Shown: one piece after another, positions 1 to 7,991 of the stretch
How the letters are laid out: each line of letters opens with the position of its first letter
Position numbering within the stretch: position 1 is the first letter of the stretch
Source: a virus
Taxonomy: Duplodnaviria > Caudoviricetes
Reading direction: 5' to 3' (one strand)
Virus record (IMG/VR): IMGVR_UViG_3300037440_000402
Location: 1 to 39,353 of that record
DNA: 39,353 nucleotides
Made by a program: the position numbers and the translations under genes
The notes under the pieces: model-generated
Databases searched by the model: none
What the model was told of the DNA's origin: nothing
The model's input: only the letters and a program-made list of their open reading frames with translations

Positions 1-25
1 CCTCAAAGATCGAAACGTTGGACAG
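1..25 (+). repeat. 25-bp terminal direct repeat, copy 1 (probably assembly circularisation overlap)
   Basis: cctcaaagatcgaaacgttggacag identical at 1-25 and 39329-39353. Confidence 0.9.
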
Positions 26-97
26 TGCCGCCCTCTGTTTCTCCCTCCCCGCAGGTTTAGGATGCAGGGAGTTCGACCCCGTCGAGAGGACCTCATC

Positions 98-262
98 ATG
101 AAGCGCGCCATCGCCACCATCGCCCTGACCCTGTTCACTGTCGGCTTCGGGGCGTCTGTTGCTGACGCCGTGCCAGGACCGGGTAATTCCAATCAGTGTG
201 CTCCGGGCCAGCACGGGAACGACGACCCTGGCTTCGAGCCGGGAGCCTGCGACAACAAGTGA
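98..262 (+). CDS. Small secreted peptide (Sec signal + 30-aa mature part with two Cys)
   Basis: gagagga RBS then MKRAIATIALTLFTVGFGASVADA|VPGPGNSNQCAPGQHGNDDPGFEPGACDNK; basic N-region, hydrophobic core, ADA cleavage site. Confidence 0.7.
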   Translation: MKRAIATIALTLFTVGFGASVADAVPGPGNSNQCAPGQHGNDDPGFEPGACDNK

Positions 263-263
263 G

Positions 264-1514
264 CTAGACGTTGGCGGCCGGCCCATTCTCCTGCTGGGCC
301 GGCTGCGGCGCAGGCTGGGGCTTGATTTTCATCGGGGGTAGGCCGACAGCCATCGCGGCGTCGTTCTCGTCGACACCGGCCTCGACCAGGGCCTTGAACG
401 CCTCGGCCTTGCTTTGACGCTCGCGGTCGTCGGCCTCGCGGTCCTCCGGGACGACGCGCGGGGCGGTGAACTCTACGCCTTCGCCGGTGACGCCGAACAT
501 GGGCAGTAGCGAGTAGTTCAGTTTTTCGGTGATGCGGTCGACGCGGGGTTGGACGAGCCAGCGGGCGAAGTGTCGTTCGGCTTCTTGGGCGTTGGCTTTG
601 TTGACGTCTTCGGTGAGTCCGAGCATGTGGGGGTGGATGCCGAATGCTTCGCGGATGATTTCTCGGGAGAGGCCGCGGAGTTCGTTGAACTGCATGTCTT
701 TCATGGTGAACTGGCGGTCTTTCCATTTGACGCCGCCTTCGAGGACTGCGACCCGGTGCGCGTTCCACACGCCTTGGTGTTGTTCGCGCCATTGGGTTTG
801 TAGGCGTTTGAAGTCGTCGTCCTCGAGGTTCATGTCGGTTTCGAGGTGCCCACCGGGTTCGGCGGAGTTGAGGAAAAAGTTGCGGTTCCATTCGGCTGAG
901 TAGCGGGCCGAGTCGAGGTCGACGAGTGCGGACTGCACTGGGCCGAGACCGCGGTATGGGTCGAGCGGGTTAGGCAGCTTGGAGCAGATGACCTCATTCA
1001 GTTGGAGAGGTACTTGTTCGCCGTTTGGGCCGGTGTAGATGTAGCCGGCGAGGAAGTCGGTGGGATGCGGCACGGGTGTCATGCGGTCGGGGCGGACGGG
1101 CCAGAGTTCGATGGGGATGTTGAACCCTTCGCCGCGGACGACGATGAGCCACCATTCGCCGGTGAGTTCTTGGTGTTGCTGGATGGTTTGGATCAGTTCG
1201 GTGTTGGTGTAGAACCGGTTGGGTTTGAGCCACACGTTGAGCGCGGCGTGGCGGATCACTTCTGTGCGTTCGACCTCGGTTCCGACGGCGTTGACGCGGC
1301 GGCCGTCGGTGTTCTTGCGGTATAGCTCCCAGTCGACGCGGGATACGGCGTCGGTGATGCGGGATACGACGGAGAACAGGGTTGAAACCCGGCCGTAGGC
1401 CTGCATGTGGCCAGTGAAGTCGTTGCGGCTGCCACCGGAGATGCCCGCGCTGAAGGTGCGGGGTGCATAGGAGATGGGTGCGCGGTTGATGAGTTTCCCG
1501 ATCAGGCTGGTCAC
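264..1514 (-). CDS. Portal protein, HK97 family
   Basis: 416 aa; ELWPVRPDRM, DPYRGLGPV, FFLNSAEPGG, VLEGGVKW, DMQFNELR, IREAFGIHPHMLG motifs; downstream of terminase. Confidence 0.95.
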   Translation of the reverse strand: MTSLIGKLINRAPISYAPRTFSAGISGGSRNDFTGHMQAYGRVSTLFSVVSRITDAVSRVDWELYRKNTDGRRVNAVGTEVERTEVIRHAALNVWLKPNRFYTNTELIQTIQQHQELTGEWWLIVVRGEGFNIPIELWPVRPDRMTPVPHPTDFLAGYIYTGPNGEQVPLQLNEVICSKLPNPLDPYRGLGPVQSALVDLDSARYSAEWNRNFFLNSAEPGGHLETDMNLEDDDFKRLQTQWREQHQGVWNAHRVAVLEGGVKWKDRQFTMKDMQFNELRGLSREIIREAFGIHPHMLGLTEDVNKANAQEAERHFARWLVQPRVDRITEKLNYSLLPMFGVTGEGVEFTAPRVVPEDREADDRERQSKAEAFKALVEAGVDENDAAMAVGLPPMKIKPQPAPQPAQQENGPAANV

Positions 1515-1657
1515 TTCTCAAGCCTCCATTCGAGCAACAGAAGTGCGATTCCGAGGGCGACGAGCCCGATGAGTTGGTGGAATAGCCAGGCGGCGGTGAC
1601 GAGGCTGGCGAGCCCGATCACGGAGAGCAGTTCGAGTCTGAGGATTTTGCGGATCAT
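1511..1657 (-). CDS. Small two-TM membrane protein between terminase and portal
   Basis: 48 aa MIRKILRLELLSVIGLASLVTAAWLFHQLIGLVALGIALLLLEWRLEK; 4-bp overlaps with both neighbours; common position in HK97-like phages. Confidence 0.7.
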   Translation of the reverse strand: MIRKILRLELLSVIGLASLVTAAWLFHQLIGLVALGIALLLLEWRLEK

Positions 1658-3231
1658 GCTGGGATGCTCCTGATCTGTGGCCGGGCCTGGGCGGGTCTGG
1701 TAAGCGCGACGTGGACGGCTCCTGCCACCGCGTAGGCAGCGTCGACGTGCCCGCTTCCTCGGCGGACGAATCGCCATCCATCGCCGGAGGGCAACCGGGT
1801 GGCGCCGATGACATGGGCGTTGATCAGCGCGTCGTCGGGGTGGGCGATTCTGCGGGCGCGGACGAGATCGGCCAACCCCTGGCACGCTTCGGAGACCTGC
1901 AGGCCAGTCAGCTCAACGTATTCGATGCCCTTATAGATCTTGCGGGTGATGTTTCCGATTTTTACCGAGTTGAGGTTCGGTCGGAGAATCGGGGCCAGCG
2001 CCGCTGCTGGCCCGGCTGGATACCACGCGATCGTGGTTGGCTTTAGTGCGGCCAAAACGCCAGGTAGCTCGCTGCGGGCTTGTTCGGTGGTTTTCCATGC
2101 TCGCACCACGACAACGCGTACGCGGCCATCTGGGAGCCGTACAGCGGCGCTGAGCGTGGCATGTTGGGTTTTGGTCAATGGATCCTCGTCAACGTCGAAC
2201 CCTGCAATGAGCCCAGTTTTCGGCATCACGCCGGCCGAGTCTTGGCATGTTTTCCATGCGGTGGGATCGACGGCACCATCGAGTTGGTCGACCTTCTGGC
2301 AGAGCACTTCGGTGCGGTACACGTTTGGTGGGTCGGTGCCGCGTGCGGAGTCGATCGCCGAGATATTGATGATGTGGCTGAGGCCCGGGTTGGCTTGGGC
2401 GATGGCGTCGATGTCGTCGAGCTCGCACCCGTCCGGGGCCGACCATTCGAAGATACCGATGGTGGGGTCGAGGGCCTCGCCGAGCGTGGACATCCCGTCA
2501 GGGCCGATCTTTACCCCAGCGGCATCGCGTAGCTGGTTCAGAACGACGGATTCGTCGTCGCCGGCGTTGGACATGACCCAGATTTGGGCGTGCGGTCGGG
2601 CCATCACTGTCTTGGAAACGGCGGCCCAGGCCTTCCAGTCGTGCTGTTCGCGCAGCTCGTCGATGTTGAGCTCGTCGATGGACAAGCCGCGGCCGGCTTT
2701 GCGGTTGGTGGCGCGGATCACGTAACGCGGGTGCAATTCGCGGGGCGCATTGGGCGGCAGCGAATTGTCCTGCAACCAGAACATCTCGTCACCGTTGACG
2801 TTGCGTTCGCCGCCCCATTCGGCCTGGAGGTCGGGGCACATCAGGATCGAACCCTTGGCCAGGTTCATCTGCTCGCGGGCCAGGGCGACATCCTGCGCGG
2901 TGCCTAGTACGGTGCGGGCGCCATCCATGTATAGGCGCCACAGCGACACCTTGCGCTTGTAGCTGGACTTCCCGTTCTGGCGGGCCACCAGCACGATCAC
3001 GATCTTGAACCGGTAGAAGCCGAGCGGGGTCAACTCGAGGGCGTGGACATTGAGCCACTGCTGCCACGGCAAGTTCGGTTCGCCGATCATGTCGGCGAAC
3101 TCGTTGGCCTCGAAGCCGCGGGTCGTTTCGCGGGTCAGCGGGCGCAGTGCCGGGGTCCACAGGCGGGGCTCGGTGCGGCCCTTAACCTGGTCGCGCGGCA
3201 CGGAGCGCGGAGAGTCGAGAAGGGCCGTCAC
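1654..3231 (-). CDS. terL: Terminase large subunit
   Basis: Walker A VARQNGKS, Walker B LNIDELRE, MSNAG coupling motif, nuclease GFDV and VDAAYA; start chosen at GTG 3231 after aagggggt. Confidence 0.93.
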   Translation of the reverse strand: MTALLDSPRSVPRDQVKGRTEPRLWTPALRPLTRETTRGFEANEFADMIGEPNLPWQQWLNVHALELTPLGFYRFKIVIVLVARQNGKSSYKRKVSLWRLYMDGARTVLGTAQDVALAREQMNLAKGSILMCPDLQAEWGGERNVNGDEMFWLQDNSLPPNAPRELHPRYVIRATNRKAGRGLSIDELNIDELREQHDWKAWAAVSKTVMARPHAQIWVMSNAGDDESVVLNQLRDAAGVKIGPDGMSTLGEALDPTIGIFEWSAPDGCELDDIDAIAQANPGLSHIINISAIDSARGTDPPNVYRTEVLCQKVDQLDGAVDPTAWKTCQDSAGVMPKTGLIAGFDVDEDPLTKTQHATLSAAVRLPDGRVRVVVVRAWKTTEQARSELPGVLAALKPTTIAWYPAGPAAALAPILRPNLNSVKIGNITRKIYKGIEYVELTGLQVSEACQGLADLVRARRIAHPDDALINAHVIGATRLPSGDGWRFVRRGSGHVDAAYAVAGAVHVALTRPAQARPQIRSIPA

Positions 3232-3490
3232 TGGTGGCCACCCCCTTACGGATCTTGGAGCGGGCTGCGGGGGTGGCGCCCAACGCATCGAGGACGGCCA
3301 GCAGTCGGTGGCCGAGGTCTTCGAGGTCCCGGTCGGCGTCACACTCTGAGCAGTGGCCGGCGTCGATCGCCTGGGCGTAATGCTCAGCCAGCTTCACCGC
3401 CGCAAGGTCGACATCGTCCAGGGCCAGCTCGCCGATGGTGGTCTTCACCGCGGTCAGCAGCAGCGTGTCGGCGTCCCGCAGTTTTGCCAT
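3182..3490 (-). CDS. terS: Terminase small subunit
   Basis: LAEHYAQAID...LLAVLDALGATPAAR motif typical of actinophage terS; immediately upstream of terL; alternative start 3523. Confidence 0.8.
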   Translation of the reverse strand: MAKLRDADTLLLTAVKTTIGELALDDVDLAAVKLAEHYAQAIDAGHCSECDADRDLEDLGHRLLAVLDALGATPAARSKIRKGVATSDGPSRLSALRAARPG

Positions 3491-3637
3491 CACCGTTTGC
3501 CTCCGATCACTCCTGTTTGCCATCGACGAATCTCAGTGTGCCGTAAATCCTGCGGTCTACGCTCATCAGCGCGCGTTGAAGCGGGAAATGTTGCTGTACG
3601 CTGCGGTTGTGGCCGGTCAGTTTCCTGTGAGGTGCTG

Positions 3638-4474
3638 ATGAGCGATTTGACGTTGAGTGAGAAGCGGCGCCGCGCTGGTCGGCGTGGTGCCGCAGCCCGT
3701 TGGGGCAAGCAAGACGAGCAGGACAGTTGGCGTCCGCATTTGAAGACGACCCGTCCCGTGGCGAAGCTGCGGCAGGGCCGCGACGACTGGTACCGGGTCG
3801 AGAACAAGGCCGCAGCTAAGGCTGAGGTGTTCATCTACGACGAGATCGGCTACTTCGGTGTCACCGCCTCCGATTTCGTCGCCGACCTGCGCGACATCAC
3901 CGCCCCGCAGATCGTCCTGCACCTGAACACGCCAGGTGGGAACTCCTACGACGGCATCGCCATCTACAACGCGCTGCGCGACCATCCTGCCCAGGTGGAA
4001 GTCATCGTCGACTCTCTCGCCGCATCCGCCGGATCGTTCATCGCCCAAGCCGGTGACCGGGTCGTGATGAACCGCGGCTCCCAGATGATGATCCACGACG
4101 CGTGGGGCATGGCGATCGGCAACGCAGCGGACATGGACGAGATGAAAGCCGTCCTGGATCGGCAGTCGGACAACATCGCCGGCATCTACGCCGACCGGGC
4201 CGGCGGCGAGGTCGCCGAATGGCGCGAGTTGATGCGCGCCGAGTCGTGGTTCTCCGCCGACGAGGCAGTCGAGGCGGGTCTGGCCGATGAGGTCGCCGGC
4301 CGCGACGCCGCCACCAAGAACTCCTTCGATCTGTCCGTGTACACATACGCGGGCCGGGAGAAGGCCCCCGCGCCAGCCATCCCCGAACCGGCGCCGACAC
4401 CAGCCCCACCGAACGCCGAAGCCGATCCGGACTTCGGCGAAATCACCAAGAGCCTCGAGGAGGCATTCTCGTGA
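3638..4474 (+). CDS. Prohead maturation protease, ClpP (S14) type
   Basis: IYDEIG, HLNTPGG, SLAASAGS (catalytic Ser), MMIHDA (His), ESWFSADEAVEAGLADEV; gaggtg RBS before ATG 3638. Confidence 0.93.
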   Translation: MSDLTLSEKRRRAGRRGAAARWGKQDEQDSWRPHLKTTRPVAKLRQGRDDWYRVENKAAAKAEVFIYDEIGYFGVTASDFVADLRDITAPQIVLHLNTPGGNSYDGIAIYNALRDHPAQVEVIVDSLAASAGSFIAQAGDRVVMNRGSQMMIHDAWGMAIGNAADMDEMKAVLDRQSDNIAGIYADRAGGEVAEWRELMRAESWFSADEAVEAGLADEVAGRDAATKNSFDLSVYTYAGREKAPAPAIPEPAPTPAPPNAEADPDFGEITKSLEEAFS

Positions 4475-5877
4475 CTGGAACCGTGAAGCTCGAGGACATC
4501 ACGCCGACTTCGAGCGTGACCGACTTCGAGGCCGTCCTGGGCAACCAGGACAACATCAAGAAGCTGATGGCCGAGAACAAGTTCGGCAAGTTCGTCAAGG
4601 ACTACGCCAACGCCAAGGCCGCGCAGAACAAGGACCTGGAAACGCAGGTCAAGGAGCAGGTGCAGGCCAGCATCCAGGAATGGATCAAGGACTCCGGTGG
4701 GCAGCTCAAGCGACTCAACCTCGACTCCGATGAGAGTAAACGGGTCGCCCTCGCCGCAAAGAAGTCAAAGGTGTACAACGCCAAGGCTCCCGGCGCGAAG
4801 ATCGACGAATCTGGGCACGCTCCCGAGGATCTGCCTGAGTTCTTGCAGACGATCTGGCACCACGCCAACCAGCTGTCGAACTACGACGACCTGCGGGCCA
4901 AGCAGTCCGAGTGGAAGAAGATCCAGAACGCGTACGGGTCTTCGGTGCCGGCCGATGGCGGGTTCCTGATCCCGGAAGTGCTGCGGGCCGAGATCCTTCA
5001 GCTGGCGATGGAGCAGAGCATCGTCCGTTCCCGCGCGCAGATCATCCCCATGTCCTCGCTTGCGGTGCCGATCCCCACCGTGGATGAGACGAGTCGGGTG
5101 TCCAGCGTGTTCGGTGGCATGGTCGCCTACTGGACCGAGGAAGGTGCCGCGGCGACGATCTCGAACGCCAAGTTCGGCCGGGTCCGCCTGGAGGCGAAGA
5201 AGCTCACTATCTACGCCGAGGCCCCCGACGAGCTGATCGCCGACGCTCCCGCGTTCGGTGCCTTCATCGGCGTCAACATGCCGAAGGCTCTGTCGTTCGA
5301 AGAGGACTATTCGTTCCTTCAGGGCACGGGTGTGGGCGAGCCACTCGGTGTGCTGAAGGGTTCCGGGCTGATTTCGGTCACTCGGGACGCGGCGACCGGT
5401 ATCAACTTCGACGATGTCATCAACATCTTTACCCGCCTGCTGCCCGGCTCGTACGACAACGCGGTGTGGCTGTGCGCCCCGGATACGATCGGGGATCTGC
5501 TGCGGTTGCAGACGGTCGTGCAGAACGTGGCCGGGTCGGAGAACGTGGGTGGCGGTTGGCCGCTGTGGCTCACCGGGTCGTCCGCCGCGGGTGCCCCGCC
5601 GCTGTCCCTGCTCGGGCGTCCGCTCATCATCACCGAAAAGGTCCCGGCCCGCGATTCTGCCGGTGACCTGTCGCTGGTCGACTTCTCGCACTATCTGGTC
5701 GGCGACCGTCAGGTGATGCAGGCGTCGTCGAGCCCGCACTTCAAGTTCTCCAGCGACGTGACTGCCTACAAGGTTGTCGAGCGTGTGGATGGCCGCCCGT
5801 GGGTCAACACCGCGCTGACCCCGAAGAACAACAGCTCCAATACCCTCAGCCCCTACGTGACGACCGGAGTCAGCTGA
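4471..5877 (+). CDS. Major capsid protein, HK97 fold with N-terminal delta/scaffold domain
   Basis: DGGFLIPE, WTEEG, GTGVGEPLG, LLGRPLIITE, RVDGRP motifs; about 150-aa helical N-terminus. Confidence 0.95.
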   Translation: MTGTVKLEDITPTSSVTDFEAVLGNQDNIKKLMAENKFGKFVKDYANAKAAQNKDLETQVKEQVQASIQEWIKDSGGQLKRLNLDSDESKRVALAAKKSKVYNAKAPGAKIDESGHAPEDLPEFLQTIWHHANQLSNYDDLRAKQSEWKKIQNAYGSSVPADGGFLIPEVLRAEILQLAMEQSIVRSRAQIIPMSSLAVPIPTVDETSRVSSVFGGMVAYWTEEGAAATISNAKFGRVRLEAKKLTIYAEAPDELIADAPAFGAFIGVNMPKALSFEEDYSFLQGTGVGEPLGVLKGSGLISVTRDAATGINFDDVINIFTRLLPGSYDNAVWLCAPDTIGDLLRLQTVVQNVAGSENVGGGWPLWLTGSSAAGAPPLSLLGRPLIITEKVPARDSAGDLSLVDFSHYLVGDRQVMQASSSPHFKFSSDVTAYKVVERVDGRPWVNTALTPKNNSSNTLSPYVTTGVS

Positions 5878-5882
5878 TAGCC

Positions 5883-5916
5883 GCCTCGGGCCGGCAGTAA
5901 TGCCCCGGCCCGAGGC
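5883..5916 (+). terminator. GC-rich hairpin after capsid gene (terminator/attenuator or pseudoknot stem)
   Basis: gcctcgggccgg / ccggcccgaggc perfect 12-bp stem, 10-nt loop. Confidence 0.65.
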
Positions 5917-5956
5917 AGTTCCACCGAGGCATTAACACCCCAAGGAGGAAGGCCAG

Positions 5957-6457
5957 ATGGAAGCTCTAGGCCGACTGTTCGACATCAACGCGGTATTCGC
6001 CCCGGTCGACCTTAATGCCGCGGGCGGCGTAGGACTGCTCGCCGACCTCAGCCATGCGGGCGGTGCGACATTCGTCGTGCTGCTCGGCGCGCAGGCATCC
6101 GGCACCGAAACCGAGGTCCTCACGGTGCGCGAGGCCCAGGACGGTGCTGCGACTGGTGAGCAGGACCTCGACGTGGTCACCGAGTACTGGATCAAGAAGG
6201 AAGCCACGCTCGACGGCGACGAGACCTGGTCGAAGGTCACCCAGGCCGCCGGTGACATCACCATCGCCGGGACTGACCGCGACAAGCAGTGCATCATCGT
6301 GTTCGAGGTAGAGGCGTCGCAACTCTCCGACGGGTTCACCCATGTCACGGTCGACGCCAGCGACCCCGGTGCCGTGGCCCGGCTCGGCGCAGCGATCGTC
6401 CTGCTCCGCGACCTTGCGGTGCAACGGGCTCCCGAGAAGCTCGCCGCACCACAGTAG
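5957..6457 (+). CDS. Putative capsid decoration/cement protein 1
   Basis: aaggagg RBS; beta-rich acidic protein directly after MCP; paralogous to next gene. Confidence 0.6.
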   Translation: MEALGRLFDINAVFAPVDLNAAGGVGLLADLSHAGGATFVVLLGAQASGTETEVLTVREAQDGAATGEQDLDVVTEYWIKKEATLDGDETWSKVTQAAGDITIAGTDRDKQCIIVFEVEASQLSDGFTHVTVDASDPGAVARLGAAIVLLRDLAVQRAPEKLAAPQ

Positions 6458-6470
6458 AAAGGGATCGATC

Positions 6471-6896
6471 ATGCAACGAGGACTCGGTAGGGACTTCAAC
6501 GTCGTACCGGCTGCGGACGGCGTGTGGCTCAACCTGCGCGACTACGAGGACATCACATTCATCGGCCTACTCGCCGGCGGCGACGACTTCACCATCCAGG
6601 AGGCCACCGCTCAGGCGGGCACCGACAACCAGGATCTTGACGTCGTGTCCCGCTACTACAAGCAGACCGACGGTGACGGCACCGATGCCTGGGTGTTGCA
6701 GGAGCAGACCGCTGACGCGATCGCTAATGGGCACACCACGGCCGCTGCGGTGGCCATCCACGTCAGCGCGGCTGCGCTGTCGCCGGGGTTCGACTTCATC
6801 AAATGCACCGCAACGTCGACCGGCACGGTGGTCGCGATCCTGCACGGGCTGAAGGTGCAGCGCGATCCGGCGAACTTGCCGGCGGTGAGCGCGTGA
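6471..6896 (+). CDS. Putative capsid decoration/cement protein 2 (paralog)
   Basis: Shares LGR.F N-terminus, QDLDVV..Y.KQ/K, LS.GF and L.VQR.P..L C-terminus with 5957-6457. Confidence 0.6.
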   Translation: MQRGLGRDFNVVPAADGVWLNLRDYEDITFIGLLAGGDDFTIQEATAQAGTDNQDLDVVSRYYKQTDGDGTDAWVLQEQTADAIANGHTTAAAVAIHVSAAALSPGFDFIKCTATSTGTVVAILHGLKVQRDPANLPAVSA

Positions 6897-7156
6897 TGGC
6901 GAAGACCACGCGGCACGGCGGCGCGTCGAACGCGCTGGTCACCTATCCGCAGAGCGTCGTCTCGGGCCAGGATTCCCCCGTACCCGAGCCCGATGCGGCT
7001 GAATCGGAGTACGCGGAGTTCACGGTGGAGGAGTTGCGGGCCGAACTGCGGGGCCGCGAGCTTCCCACCTCGGGCGCCAAGGCTGAGCTTGTGGCGCGAC
7101 TCGAAGCGGACGACGCAGCCGCCGACGCAACCGACGACGCGGTTCTAGAGGAGTAA
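6896..7156 (+). CDS. SAP/HeH-domain protein
   Basis: FTVEELRAELRGRELPTSGAKAELVARL matches SAP helix-extended-helix consensus. Confidence 0.75.
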   Translation: MAKTTRHGGASNALVTYPQSVVSGQDSPVPEPDAAESEYAEFTVEELRAELRGRELPTSGAKAELVARLEADDAAADATDDAVLEE

Positions 7157-7159
7157 AAG

Positions 7160-7288
7160 ATGCCGCGCCCAAAGAACATCGATCTGACCACCGGCAAGGA
7201 ACGCCCGATGCCACCCAAGCCGCCGAATCCACCGAAAGGTGGAAGTGGCATGTCTGACGCGAGGAGTGATTCTCGTGGTGATGGGTGA
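7160..7288 (+). CDS. Small proline-rich hypothetical protein
   Basis: gaggag RBS; MPRPKNIDLTTGKERPMPPKPPNPPKGG...; fills the operon gap. Confidence 0.4.
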   Translation: MPRPKNIDLTTGKERPMPPKPPNPPKGGSGMSDARSDSRGDG

Positions 7289-7457
7289 GGATCTCCTCGA
7301 AACTTACCGTGAGGCGGCCGAGATCGTCCGGGAGGAGCAGTCCACCCCACCGCAGGCATGCCCGCACGACGGCACCCCGTTGGAATCGGGGTCTGACGGG
7401 GTGCTGCACTGCCGGTTCGACGGCTACGAGTGGCCGCGTGACGGGAGGCTGATCTGA
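7281..7457 (+). CDS. Small zinc-ribbon-like protein
   Basis: CPHDG...HCRFDG; aggag RBS upstream. Confidence 0.6.
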   Translation: MGEDLLETYREAAEIVREEQSTPPQACPHDGTPLESGSDGVLHCRFDGYEWPRDGRLI

Positions 7458-7558
7458 TGGCGGACGAGAAGCAGACCGGACAGCAGGAGTTCACCGTCAA
7501 GGCGTACGGCACTGTTACGCCGCCTCCTCCGCCGGATGAGAACGAGGAGGACGAGTAG
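7457..7558 (+). CDS. Small acidic/proline-rich hypothetical protein
   Basis: ggagg RBS, TGATG coupling; MADEKQTGQQEFTVKAYGTVTPPPPPDENEEDE. Confidence 0.45.
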   Translation: MADEKQTGQQEFTVKAYGTVTPPPPPDENEEDE

Positions 7559-7957
7559 ATGGCACTTGGATATGCGGCCACGCTGCGGAACAACCAACTG
7601 GACGAGATTGCCGCGCTGGTCGACGCCGGGGCGGCCGGTGGAAAGCTGGTTCTGTACTCAGGCTCCCGGCCGGCCACCGGCGGTTCGATTACCACCGAGG
7701 TGGCCACGCTGACGTTCTCCACGACGGCATTCGGGGCTGCGGCAGCCGGGGCACTGGCGGCGAACGCGATCAGTGACGACGCCAGCGCCACCGGCGGCAC
7801 CGCCACCTGGTTCCGGGTGACCGACTCTGACGACACGTTCGTGATGGACGGCGACGTCGGCACCTCTGGGTCGGACCTGAACCTGACCGATGTCGCCATC
7901 GGCGCGGGCTCTACCGTCAGCGTGTCCAGCTTCGTCATCACCGCCGGCAACCCGTAG
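7559..7957 (+). CDS. Virion structural protein, probable fibre/spike base
   Basis: LVLYSGSRPA, GTATWFRV, MDGDVGTSGSDL beta-sandwich pattern; precedes repeat fibre gene. Confidence 0.55.
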   Translation: MALGYAATLRNNQLDEIAALVDAGAAGGKLVLYSGSRPATGGSITTEVATLTFSTTAFGAAAAGALAANAISDDASATGGTATWFRVTDSDDTFVMDGDVGTSGSDLNLTDVAIGAGSTVSVSSFVITAGNP

Positions 7958-7991
7958 ATCCCCTTCCCACCATTCGGCGGGGAGGTGAGCC

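Noticed and set aside
1-25. Terminal repeat as a biological DTR or att site
   Set aside because: An exact 25-bp end overlap is typical of circular assembly; HNH plus HK97-type head genes suggest cos packaging instead
26-52. Exact cos site near the pyrimidine tract after the HNH gene
   Set aside because: Position is plausible but cohesive ends cannot be defined without read-end data
55-85. tRNA-like T-arm (gggagttcgacccc)
   Set aside because: No acceptor, D or anticodon arms can be built around it
250-3640. Recombinase-driven invertible segment
   Set aside because: No inverted repeats found by eye at either boundary
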